A DNA stretch of 64,000 nucleotides from Cyanobacteria bacterium auto_48_18 (GTDB lineage: Bacteria > Cyanobacteriota > Vampirovibrionia > Obscuribacterales > Obscuribacteraceae), in the NCBI GenBank assembly GCA_036170915.1, contig JAVHQC010000017.1:10245-74244 (forward strand), read 5' to 3'. Shown here one piece after another: positions 27,972 through 37,600 of this stretch. Under the pieces are notes generated by a model. That model made no database searches and was not told the origin of the DNA. It was given only the letters and a program-made list of their open reading frames with translations. Every line of letters starts with the position of its first letter. Positions within the stretch are counted from its first letter, which is position 1. The translations under genes and the position numbers were made by a program.

Positions 27972-28664
27972 ATGAGCAGTTTAATTGATTTAAACGCTGT
28001 TACCCGTGTCTATGAAATGGGCGGCGAAGCTCTGTACGCATTGAAAGGCCTGACTTTGCAAATTGATGCCGGCTCTTACGTGGCTATTATGGGCACTTCC
28101 GGATCTGGCAAATCAACCCTGATGAATATTGTCGGCTGTCTTGACAGGCCGACGTCGGGCTCATATTCGCTTGATGGGGTTGATATTTTAAGTTGTACTG
28201 ACGATCAGTTGGCCGACGTGCGCAACGCCAAAATTGGTTTTGTTTTCCAGCAGTTTAATTTGCTGCCCAGTATGTCTGCCATGGAAAATGTGATGTTGCC
28301 GATGGTCTACGCTGGTGTGCCACCAGTTGAGAGAGCCGAGCGTGCAGCTTCGGTACTGCAACAAGTTGGTTTGGGTGAACGGATGCACCACAGGCCCAAT
28401 CAGTTATCTGGTGGACAACAACAGCGTGTCTCAATTGCGCGCGCGCTTTCTAATCGCCCCAGCATTTTATTAGCCGACGAACCTACCGGTGCTTTAGACA
28501 GTCATACTGCTGCTGACACCATGCGTTTATTCAATGAACTGGTCAGTCGTGGTATCACCGTCATTGTCGTCACCCACGACCAGGACACCGCCAATCATGC
28601 TCGCCGCATCGTGCGCATGAAAGACGGCGAAATCGTGGACGATGCTCTTAATCTTGTTAGATAA
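27972..28664 (+). CDS. ABC transporter ATP-binding protein (MacB/LolD family)
   Basis: GTSGSGKST; LSGGQQQRV; ADEPTGALD; VTHD. Confidence 0.95.
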   Translation: MSSLIDLNAVTRVYEMGGEALYALKGLTLQIDAGSYVAIMGTSGSGKSTLMNIVGCLDRPTSGSYSLDGVDILSCTDDQLADVRNAKIGFVFQQFNLLPSMSAMENVMLPMVYAGVPPVERAERAASVLQQVGLGERMHHRPNQLSGGQQQRVSIARALSNRPSILLADEPTGALDSHTAADTMRLFNELVSRGITVIVVTHDQDTANHARRIVRMKDGEIVDDALNLVR

Positions 28665-28708
28665 TGCCCACAGCCGGGCAGGTGTAAAAGTAATCTTGCT
28701 GGTGCGCA

Positions 28709-30814
28709 ATGTCGAAGAAGCAAATCCTAATTTTGGGCGGTGGTTTTTCGGGGGTGAAATGCGCCCGGGCACTGCGAAAACAGCTGCACGTGGACGATTA
28801 TAATATCGTTCTTTTTAATCGCGAAAATCATATGGTTTTCCACCCTCTTCTAGCTGAAGTGGCAAGCGCTGCTGTGCAGCCCAAAGATGTAGGCGCACCG
28901 CTCAGGCAGCTTTTAGATCATGTGCAATGCCGCACTGAAGATGTGCTCAGCATTGATCTCGACAATAACCAGATTGAATACGAAGCACACGACGGCAAGC
29001 GTCAACAAATGAAGTATGACCAGCTGGTAATTGCCTGCGGTAATGGTGCCAATTTGGCCCTGGTACCAGGCATGGACGAACACGCTTTCGGCTTAAAAAC
29101 AATCGGTGATGCACTTGCGCTGCAAGCTCATGTAATGCAAAGGATGGAGAAAGCTGAAGTCTGCGACGACGATGAAAGAAGACGCTGGTATCTTTCATTT
29201 ATTGTTGTGGGTGGTGGTTTTAGCGGCGTGGAAGTGGCAGGAGAGGTTAATGACCTTCTGCGCAAGAGCTTGAAGTTTTTCCACAATATTAAGGCCGAAG
29301 ATATTAACGTCACCATGATTCATTCGCGCGATCAAATTTTGCCTGAAGTAAATGAATCATTGCGAGTACGGGCTCGAAAACAAATGGAAAAAGCAGGCGT
29401 CAACATACGCTTAAATTCACACGCCGCTCGAGCTACACCAGAAGGCATTGCTCTGCGTGATGGTACTTTAATGCCTGGCGGCACAGTAATTTGTACCATC
29501 GGTACAATTGTTTTGCCGCTGGTAGACCGACTCACGGTGCCGAAAAAACATGGACGCATAGCAGTAGAAGCAGACATGAAAGTGCCGGGGTATAAAAATG
29601 CCTGGGCAATTGGTGACTGTGCCGCCATCGTTAATGCCTTGGACAATACCCTTTGTCCAACAGTGGCTCAATTTGCCGAGCGACAAGGTGTGCAGGTAGC
29701 AAACAATATTGTGCGGGCGATTAAGGGGCGACCCACTGAGCCTTTTTCATTCAGAATGCAAGGTCAGCTTTGTTCTATTGGTGGTCGCAACGCCATTGCT
29801 GAAATATCAGGTCTGCATATTTCAGGTTTTCTTGGCTGGTTTTTGTGGCGCGGCATTTACTTAATGAAATTGCCGTCGATTTCGCAAAAAATCAAAGTGG
29901 GTTTAGAGTGGGGCTGCGATTTGATTTTCCCGCGCACCCTTGCCCATTTGCGCGCTGATCCGACCAGGCGCGTGTCTCGAGCTTACTATGCCGCCGGTGA
30001 TTATATTTTTGAACAGGGTGACGCAGCAGTAGACTTTTTCATGATTGAAGAAGGTGAAGTCGAAGTTTTGAAGAAGCGCGAGGACGAAACCCTTGATGTG
30101 CTTGCTGTGTTAGGCACCGGTGACTTTTTCGGCGAAGCTGCTTTGCTTGACAATCGCCCGCGCAACGCTACTGTCAGGGCGCGTACCGATGTTGAGGTGG
30201 TGGTGCTTGGACGCGGAGTGTTCACGCAAATATCAATGGCTTTAGCACCTTTGCGCGACGCTGTGGCTAAAGCTGTTAAAAGGCGTGGGTTACCGGCTAA
30301 AAGCTTAGATGAATATCGCGATGTGCTTGAAGCTATAACTCTAGAATCAGTTATCGACGCTTTGCCCGGCGCTCCGCTGCGACCCCAGAGTTCGGTGGAG
30401 GAAGCAATTGAGCGTATCAACAAGCACAGACTAGATTTCTGCTGCGTTGTTGACGGGGACGGGCTGCTCATTGGTCTGGTGACTCGCTCAGATTTACTGG
30501 CGGCCATTGAAGCTGCTACCTCCAGTCGGGCAAAGAACATTCCAGCTATGACAGTAAATGAAATAATGGTCAGAGATCCCATTGCTGTGACGATGGCTGA
30601 TTCAGCTCTGCTTGCCATGTTGACTATGCGTGAACATGGTTTGAAGCGCCTGCCCGTAATTGAAAGTCAAGAACGCCGCATTGCTACCGGTTATGTGCGC
30701 ATTGAGAATATTATGGACAGAGTTGTGCGCGGCATTGCCGCTGAGAAACTCGTAGGTTCAGCGCCCATGACTCGTGAGTTAGATTTTCCAAAATTTGAGT
30801 CACGCAAAGATTAA
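28709..30814 (+). CDS. Type II NAD(P)H dehydrogenase (NDH-2) fused to cyclic-nucleotide-binding and CBS domains
   Basis: Two GGGFSG motifs, AIGDCA, AQFAERQG; cNMP motif GDFFGEAALL..PRNATVRA; CBS pair (GLVTRSDL, VNEIMVRDP, KRLPV). Confidence 0.88.
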   Translation: MSKKQILILGGGFSGVKCARALRKQLHVDDYNIVLFNRENHMVFHPLLAEVASAAVQPKDVGAPLRQLLDHVQCRTEDVLSIDLDNNQIEYEAHDGKRQQMKYDQLVIACGNGANLALVPGMDEHAFGLKTIGDALALQAHVMQRMEKAEVCDDDERRRWYLSFIVVGGGFSGVEVAGEVNDLLRKSLKFFHNIKAEDINVTMIHSRDQILPEVNESLRVRARKQMEKAGVNIRLNSHAARATPEGIALRDGTLMPGGTVICTIGTIVLPLVDRLTVPKKHGRIAVEADMKVPGYKNAWAIGDCAAIVNALDNTLCPTVAQFAERQGVQVANNIVRAIKGRPTEPFSFRMQGQLCSIGGRNAIAEISGLHISGFLGWFLWRGIYLMKLPSISQKIKVGLEWGCDLIFPRTLAHLRADPTRRVSRAYYAAGDYIFEQGDAAVDFFMIEEGEVEVLKKREDETLDVLAVLGTGDFFGEAALLDNRPRNATVRARTDVEVVVLGRGVFTQISMALAPLRDAVAKAVKRRGLPAKSLDEYRDVLEAITLESVIDALPGAPLRPQSSVEEAIERINKHRLDFCCVVDGDGLLIGLVTRSDLLAAIEAATSSRAKNIPAMTVNEIMVRDPIAVTMADSALLAMLTMREHGLKRLPVIESQERRIATGYVRIENIMDRVVRGIAAEKLVGSAPMTRELDFPKFESRKD

Positions 30815-30894
30815 AGATTAAACCGGCTTGGGATCGATTTTCGCAACTAGAACGTATACGTTTTAGATCTTGAATACAGCCAGCAGCCGCTTTG

Positions 30895-30923
30895 AAAAAA
30901 GGCCCCGACCAGAGGTCGAGGCC
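30895..30923 (-). terminator. Rho-independent terminator after the M48 peptidase gene
   Basis: Minus strand GGCCTCGACC-tct-GGTCGGGGCC-TTTTTT. Confidence 0.75.
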
Positions 30924-30969
30924 CAATTAAGGCACTGAATGTAGTGCCGCGGGAACTACAAGTTACTGG

Positions 30970-31911
30970 CTAAATGCGCACATTTTTGCCGCAGTCAGGG
31001 CAGAAGAAGAATGAAGGGGCAATCTTACTTGCGCAATGCGGGCATGCGCGTAAATTGACTTCACTCTCTGAAGTAGGATAGCGGCCGGCCATAATTTCTT
31101 TAAAAGCTTTGGTTTCAGACCAGAGCTTAATTTCTTTGGCACGGTAAACCGGAATTGGATGAGAGCGGAACAGTTCTTGCAAAAGTTTATAGACTTTATT
31201 CAGTGTGCTGTAATCCATCTCTTCGTAGCTGTCGGCTTGTTTAAGAAACTCAGCACCGCTCATCTGTTCGAAAACAGTTTTCGAACCGGCAGACAGCTTC
31301 ATATGCACATTCAAACAGATGTTGACGTCTTGAGCCACCAGCAATTCTGCCCGATCGGCGGTCATTTCTGACTTACGGTACCAATCGAACAGGGCAATTT
31401 GCAAAGCGATACTGGCAAATCCACGAATAGGAATGATCATGTCAAACAGTCTAATCAGAATAATGGCAAGACTGCGGTAAAGCACGTGGCCAGCTTTAAC
31501 GTGACCCAGCTCGTGGCCCATGACGGCCATCAATTCTTGATCATCAAGCAAGTCAACAAGCCCTGATTGAATCACCACAAAGGGCCGCTCGACCCCGAAT
31601 GTATAAGCATTGACGATCGGGCTCGAGGCCAAGAACAAGTCGGGCTCATGCACATCGAGAATTTCGCAGGCTTCCTTGAAGAGCTTGTAAACGCGAGGGC
31701 ACTGTTTTGGGGTGATGTGCACCGAGCCGCCCAGGAGCTGCACGCGCATCATTTTTTCCACACCCAATTCCAACATCTTGCGAATCAGCTTGTCAATTCC
31801 AGGAATCTTTCTCAGCGCTTCCAGGGCTTGTCTGTCGGCGGGATGCTCAAAGGCGCTCGAGCATAGACGTGGGAACCTCCGACGGGTCGACGTTTCGGTA
31901 GCGCTCATCAA
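30970..31911 (-). CDS. M48 family metallopeptidase with C-terminal zinc ribbon
   Basis: FEHPADR; NAYTFG; HELGH; EMTADR; SHP; CPHC...FCPDCG. Confidence 0.9.
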   Translation of the reverse strand: MMSATETSTRRRFPRLCSSAFEHPADRQALEALRKIPGIDKLIRKMLELGVEKMMRVQLLGGSVHITPKQCPRVYKLFKEACEILDVHEPDLFLASSPIVNAYTFGVERPFVVIQSGLVDLLDDQELMAVMGHELGHVKAGHVLYRSLAIILIRLFDMIIPIRGFASIALQIALFDWYRKSEMTADRAELLVAQDVNICLNVHMKLSAGSKTVFEQMSGAEFLKQADSYEEMDYSTLNKVYKLLQELFRSHPIPVYRAKEIKLWSETKAFKEIMAGRYPTSESEVNLRACPHCASKIAPSFFFCPDCGKNVRI

Positions 31912-32019
31912 TTAAACCTCCAGGGGCTAAAAACTAGGACATTGGTCCTTGATAAAGAATCTACCCACTTTTATAGCGCGCCGCTGCAGATATTGCTTAA
32001 ATTGAAAATTTCTGACCGT

Positions 32020-33501
32020 TCAGGCGCTGACCGCGGGCAGCGTAAAAAGGAAGTTACTGCCCTCACCTGTTTTGCTTTCCACCCAGATTTCTCCGCCATG
32101 GAGGTTAATTATAGATTTACAGATAGTCAGGCCCAAACCCGAACCCACATGTCTGCCATGACCACCACTTCCATTCTGGTCTTCCACCTGTTGAAAACGC
32201 TCAAAAATAGCTTTTTGCATCTCCGGTGGAACGCCTTTACCCTGATCGCGCACTGAAACTTCAACCCAATCTTCGACTTGCTGTGCGCTCAGCGATATGG
32301 TGTCGCCCCGGCGTGAATAATTCACCGCATTTGATACCAGATTGAAAATAACTCTCGCGGCCAGATCTTTGTCTGCTAGTACATAAGCATCGCTGTCGGC
32401 AATTTTTAATTTGATGCCTGCTTCTGCCAACCAGACTGAGAGAGTTTCATTGACTTCCTCAAATAACTCATTGATGAAAAATTTCGACTGATCAACAGGC
32501 ATCATGCCTGATTTGATTTTTTCAATATCAAGCAAGTCATTTAGCAGTTGCATCACTCTTTTGCAATTCTTCTCAGCCAGCGGTGCCAGTTGGTTGCCTT
32601 TATCATTTAAAGTGCCCAGCTGCCTGGTGTTGAGCATATCCAGGCATCCTTGAATTACGGTCAGAGGTGACCGCATATCGTGGGTAATCATGTTGACGAT
32701 TTCTTGATGCTGATTTTCAGTTTCTAAAAGTTTCTCAGTCATCTGATGAAATGATTTGTCCAGTTCGGCCAGCTCATCGCCGCCGCCAATGGGCCGGTGC
32801 AGCGACTGCCTTTGCGAAAATAATCTGGTGTTGGCGGTCATTACTCTTAAACGGGAGGTGATGCCTTTTACAAGCAGGAAGGCAATTACCAGATTAAATA
32901 TGACATTGATAATCAAAGCTGCGGTAGACAATTGCAGCAGTTGGCGACGAATCAAGGCCTGTCGTTCTTGACTGTATTTCGAGACTTCTCTTTCGTGCCG
33001 CTCAACCAGTTTGAGCTCTTGAGAAATTACGGTTTTGAACATGGCTTTAAGTTTCGCGTAGTAGTCTCGATTAATTTGCAGCACCAGCCTTAAGTCGCCG
33101 GCTTCTATGGCAGCAACAGCTTTGTCGAGAATTTGAGTCGCTTTAGTGACGGTGGCATTAGACTGTTTGGCTACTGCATTTAGTTCTGGTTGATCAGCAG
33201 TAAGCTCGTCAAGCTCTTTGTAGTCGGCTTTTAGTTTGTTCACCGTGCCGTGATATGTTTTTTGCAAATAGCCGGTTTCGAGCCAACTGCTTTTGCTTGA
33301 TGCTCCCACGGTGATCCAGAGATCATACAAATCGCCGGTTAATCGGTTTATGCAATCTGAAATTGCATGGGCCTTGATCGCTCGCTGAGCGTCTTGCTCC
33401 GCCTCCTGCTGCAAATAGGCCACAGTACCGGCTAAACCAATCTCGAAGAGCAGCTGAAAACCTAACAACATTAACACTTTGGCGGTGAGTGATAATTTCA
33501 A
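32020..33501 (-). CDS. Membrane sensor histidine kinase (HAMP, HisKA, HATPase)
   Basis: Two TM segments; THDMRSPLT; NLVSNAV; DQGKG; GSGLGL. Confidence 0.93.
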   Translation of the reverse strand: MKLSLTAKVLMLLGFQLLFEIGLAGTVAYLQQEAEQDAQRAIKAHAISDCINRLTGDLYDLWITVGASSKSSWLETGYLQKTYHGTVNKLKADYKELDELTADQPELNAVAKQSNATVTKATQILDKAVAAIEAGDLRLVLQINRDYYAKLKAMFKTVISQELKLVERHEREVSKYSQERQALIRRQLLQLSTAALIINVIFNLVIAFLLVKGITSRLRVMTANTRLFSQRQSLHRPIGGGDELAELDKSFHQMTEKLLETENQHQEIVNMITHDMRSPLTVIQGCLDMLNTRQLGTLNDKGNQLAPLAEKNCKRVMQLLNDLLDIEKIKSGMMPVDQSKFFINELFEEVNETLSVWLAEAGIKLKIADSDAYVLADKDLAARVIFNLVSNAVNYSRRGDTISLSAQQVEDWVEVSVRDQGKGVPPEMQKAIFERFQQVEDQNGSGGHGRHVGSGLGLTICKSIINLHGGEIWVESKTGEGSNFLFTLPAVSA

Positions 33502-33596
33502 TCGATTTTCCTGGTGTGCATTTTGTCTTGCCTGGGTATTAAAGCAGCATTGCAGTTTGCATTATTGTAAGGGTTCTTTGCATATTGGAGTTTCGA

Positions 33597-34277
33597 TTGC
33601 CGAAGATTCTCTTGGTTGAAGATAACAAAGATTTGACGACATTGATTGGCGTATCTTTAAATCAAGACTACGCTATAGACGTTGTTCATAATGGTGGGGA
33701 AGGCCTTGAGTGTCTGCGCGCTGGTCGTTATGACGTGGTGATTTTAGATTGGGAATTGCCTGAGCTGTCGGGCCCGGAAATTTGTCGACAGTTCAGGGCT
33801 GCAGGAGGCACCACACCAATCTTGATGCTGACCGGAAAGTCTCAGATTGCCGAAAAAGAGAAAGGTCTTGATGCTGGTGCCGACGATTATTTGACTAAAC
33901 CTTTTGATATGAGAGAGCTTGCCGCTAGGCTCCGGGCTTTGACCAGGCGCTCATCGGCGGCGCCCAGTGCGACACTGACTTGTGGCAATTTACATTTGGA
34001 TCCAGTCAGACATTCTCTCAAAAGAGGTGATGAAGAGATTCATCTTCTGAAAAAAGATTTTGCCCTGCTTGAATTTCTCATGCGCTATCCTGATGAAATT
34101 TTTGGCACAGAAACTATTTTAGAGCGAGTTTGGTCTTACGATTCGGAAGTGACAGCCGATGCTGTGCGCACTTCGATCAAACGGATTAGAAAAGCGCTTG
34201 ATAAGAGTGATGATGAATCAGAATCTATCATCGAGAACGTTCGCCGAGTAGGTTATCGCTTGAGATTGTCGCGCTAG
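33597..34277 (+). CDS. OmpR/PhoB family response regulator
   Basis: KILLVED; LDWELP; GADDYLTKPF; RRVGYRL; GGAG RBS before TTG 33597. Confidence 0.93.
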   Translation: MPKILLVEDNKDLTTLIGVSLNQDYAIDVVHNGGEGLECLRAGRYDVVILDWELPELSGPEICRQFRAAGGTTPILMLTGKSQIAEKEKGLDAGADDYLTKPFDMRELAARLRALTRRSSAAPSATLTCGNLHLDPVRHSLKRGDEEIHLLKKDFALLEFLMRYPDEIFGTETILERVWSYDSEVTADAVRTSIKRIRKALDKSDDESESIIENVRRVGYRLRLSR

Positions 34278-34645
34278 GCCCGGGCAGTCACATCTGGAAA
34301 AATTTCCTTTAAAGGTAATTTTCTGAAAAAAAGAGCTGGCGCAGAAGACCTAATTTTTAAACCAGTGGAGTGCCTGGATCTTCAACGATGCCCCAAAAGG
34401 ACCGCAAAAGATATATGGTGTGAAGGCGCCTTCCCCAATGGTATGCACTCTAAAGCAGCTAGCGGTGCTGCTTTGGCCGATTGTGACATAATTGCCCCTT
34501 CAGCTTTACTTAACATTTTCTTGCCAGCTAGTTGGTCTTAGCCAATAATCAAATACTGCGCCAGGGTTTACGTCACTGACAGACCCTGTGCTGTATCTCG
34601 AGGCTGGCCGCTTTCGGCCTGCCGTTTTTTATTGGAAAAAGCGCT

Positions 34646-37600
34646 TTGTTTGAAAGCAATCATATAAACCCAGAAAGCGATGCTTGTGGAGTTGGCTTTG
34701 TCTATCGGCCAGTCAAAAGCAATCAAGCGGTCTCGGACGCGCTCGGCGCTCTTAATAGAATGGAGCACCGGGGCGCTTGCGGCGCTGACGGCATCACTGG
34801 TGATGGCGCCGGCATCCTGACTGAAATTCCCTGGCAACTTCTAGCCGCTGAAGACTTGCGCGCTAGTGCGCTGGGTATGATTTTTTTACCTCAGGCTGAT
34901 ACCGCTTTTTGTCGCCAGAACACCGAACGATTAGTGGAAGAGGAAGGTTTTTCCACTGTCTGCTGGCGCAAAGTTCCGGTAGATAGTAGCGCGCTCGGAC
35001 CACTAGGCCGAGCAACCTGTCCGGTAATTGAGCAACTCTTACTGGGGGCTCCAGGACATTGGACTACTGAAAAAATTGAGCAAAAACTCCTTTTTGCCAG
35101 AAAGAAAATTGCCAACTTTTTCTATGCTTTAGGTGAAAAATATTCCGACTATTATGTAGCCTCGCTTTCGAGCCGCACCGTTGTCTACAAAGGCATGGTG
35201 CGCTCTTATGATTTAGCCAGGTTTTATAGAGACCTGGCTAATGTCGCCTACACCAGCCAGTTTGCTGTCTATCACCGTCGCTTTAGCACTAATACAATGC
35301 CCAAGTGGCGTCTGGCTCAGCCCTTCCGTATGCTGGGGCATAACGGCGAAATCAATACACTGCTCGGCAATCGCAACTGGATGAAATGTCGTGAGATGGT
35401 ACTCGAGCTGGGTTCGCTGCCGCTGGTGAGCGCCAATACATCTGATTCAGGTAGTCTTGATAATGCCCTGGAGCTGCTGGTTAAACTGGGTCGTAGCCCT
35501 GAATCAGCCTTGATGCAACTAATACCCGACGCTGCAGGAGCCACTATAGCCGGTGCATTGAGAGCATCGGCGCAAGAGCAACAAGATTTGCAAATCGCTG
35601 GATTCTATCAATATTTCTCAGGCATTCAAGAGCCCTGGGACGGGCCGGCTTTAATAGTTTATAGCGATGGATTGACTGTAGGAGCCAAACTTGACCGCAA
35701 TGGTATGCGACCGGCTCGCTATACAAAGTTGAAAGATGGCAGCGTTTTTCTCAGCTCAGAGACCGGTGTGATTGATTTAGATGAACGCCAGGTGGTGCAG
35801 AAGGGCAGACTGGGTCCCGGTCAAATGCTCATGGTAGATATTAAGAGCGGCCAGGTGAGCGAAGACCGTGCCGTGAAAATCGATGTTGCTCGCGAACAGC
35901 CTTACGCTAAGTGGGTGGTCAGTGAGCGCCTTAATTTAGGACGCTCGTCTTTTGCCGACCAGATTAAGCTGGCTGACAGCGACTTGATTGGTCTGCAAAC
36001 AGCATATGGATACGGTAATGAAGACATTGTCCGCATCATTGTGGCCATGGCTGCCACTGGTCATGAGACAGTTTATTCTATGGGTGACGACACACCGCTG
36101 GCGGTGCTTTCCAGTCAGCCGCGATTACTTTACGATTATTTCAAACAGCGTTTTGCTCAGGTTACCAACCCACCTATTGATCATCTACGCGAAAAGCTGG
36201 TGATGTCACTGGATACTTATCTTGGTGCTCAGTGCGGCTGGCTCAAGCCGTCTTTCCATGGCGCCAGGTTGGTTCATTTGTCGAGCCCGATTTTAAATGA
36301 AGGCGAACTGAGGCAGTTGCAAGAGCTTGGTGCATTAAAGCAAGAAGTTGAGCCAGAAGTAGAAGATGAAGAAGAACTAGAACAAGAGCTAGAAGAAGAA
36401 CTAGAAGTAACATCTAATTTCGCCTCTCAAACAGTATCGCTTTTATTCAACCCACTTGAGGTAAATCTTGATAGCGCCCTCAGTCACGTGGTTGCAGCAA
36501 GCGTTCAAGCCGTAGAGAGCGGCAAAGCTCTTCTCATTCTCAGTGATCGGGGTGTTGATTCAGAGCGAGCAGCAATTCCAGCTCTTATGGCCGTGGGCGC
36601 CGTGCATCATGAGCTGATTCGTCGGGGCCTCAGGCTTAGCGCATCTTTGATAGTTGAGACCGGCCAGTGTTGGACCACTCATCAATTCGCCTGTCTTTTT
36701 GGTTTCGGTGCGCAAGCCGTGTGCCCTTACATGGCTCTTGAAATAGTGCGGCACTCTTGTGCTGATGCTGAAATCAAGAGTCTGGTTGAACTTTCTAACC
36801 ATGATGCTCAAGCTAATTTTATAGCCGCAGTTGAAGAAGGTCTGCAGAAAGTTCTATCTAAGATGGGCATTTCTTCTCTCACCAGTTATATTGGTGCACA
36901 AATTTTTGAATGCATTGGCCTAAGTGACAATGTAGTGAACCGGTGCTTTACCGATACACCTTCTAGAATCGGTGGTCTCGAAATTGAAGACATCGAAAAG
37001 GATGTTTTGGCTTTTCATCGCAAAGCTTTTCCGTTCACGCATAAGCGCCTGATTAATTACGGCATGATGAGCTCAAGACCTGACGGTGAGTATCATGGCA
37101 ATAATCCAAAAATTGTCAGAGCCTTGCACACTGCTCTTGGTATCAGCCAAAAAGTTGTCAGCGTGCAAGAGCGACAGGAAGAATTTAAACGCTATTCGGC
37201 TCTCGTGCGTGAAAGGCCACCACTGGCCCTGCGCGATATGCTGACATTTAAGTCAGATAGACCTCCTGTAGCTCTAGACGAAGTTGAACCGGCGGCTGAT
37301 ATTGTCAAACGCTTCTGTACTGGTGGTATGTCGCTTGGTGCGCTTTCTAAAGAAGCTCATGAAGTGCTGGCCATTGCCATGAACCGGCTTGGCGCAAAAT
37401 CTAATTCTGGAGAAGGGGGAGAGGATCCGCTCAGGTATTATCCCATTGAAGATGTCACCGCAGACGGTACCAGTGCCAGTTTCCCTGGTTTGCGCGGCCT
37501 TAAGAAAAACGACGATGCCGGCTCTGCTGTAAGGCAGGTGGCTTCAGCCAGGTTTGGTGTTACTCCCGAATATCTGGTCACTGCCAGACAACTGGAAATC

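Noticed and set aside
23357..28664. TolC-MFP-permease-ATPase operon as a novel secretion system
   Set aside because: All four parts match an ordinary MacAB-TolC-type efflux system.
34388..34423. 11-codon ORF (MPQKDRKRYMV) in the gltB upstream region as a leader peptide
   Set aside because: No properly spaced RBS, no Gln/Glu enrichment, and far from the hairpin.
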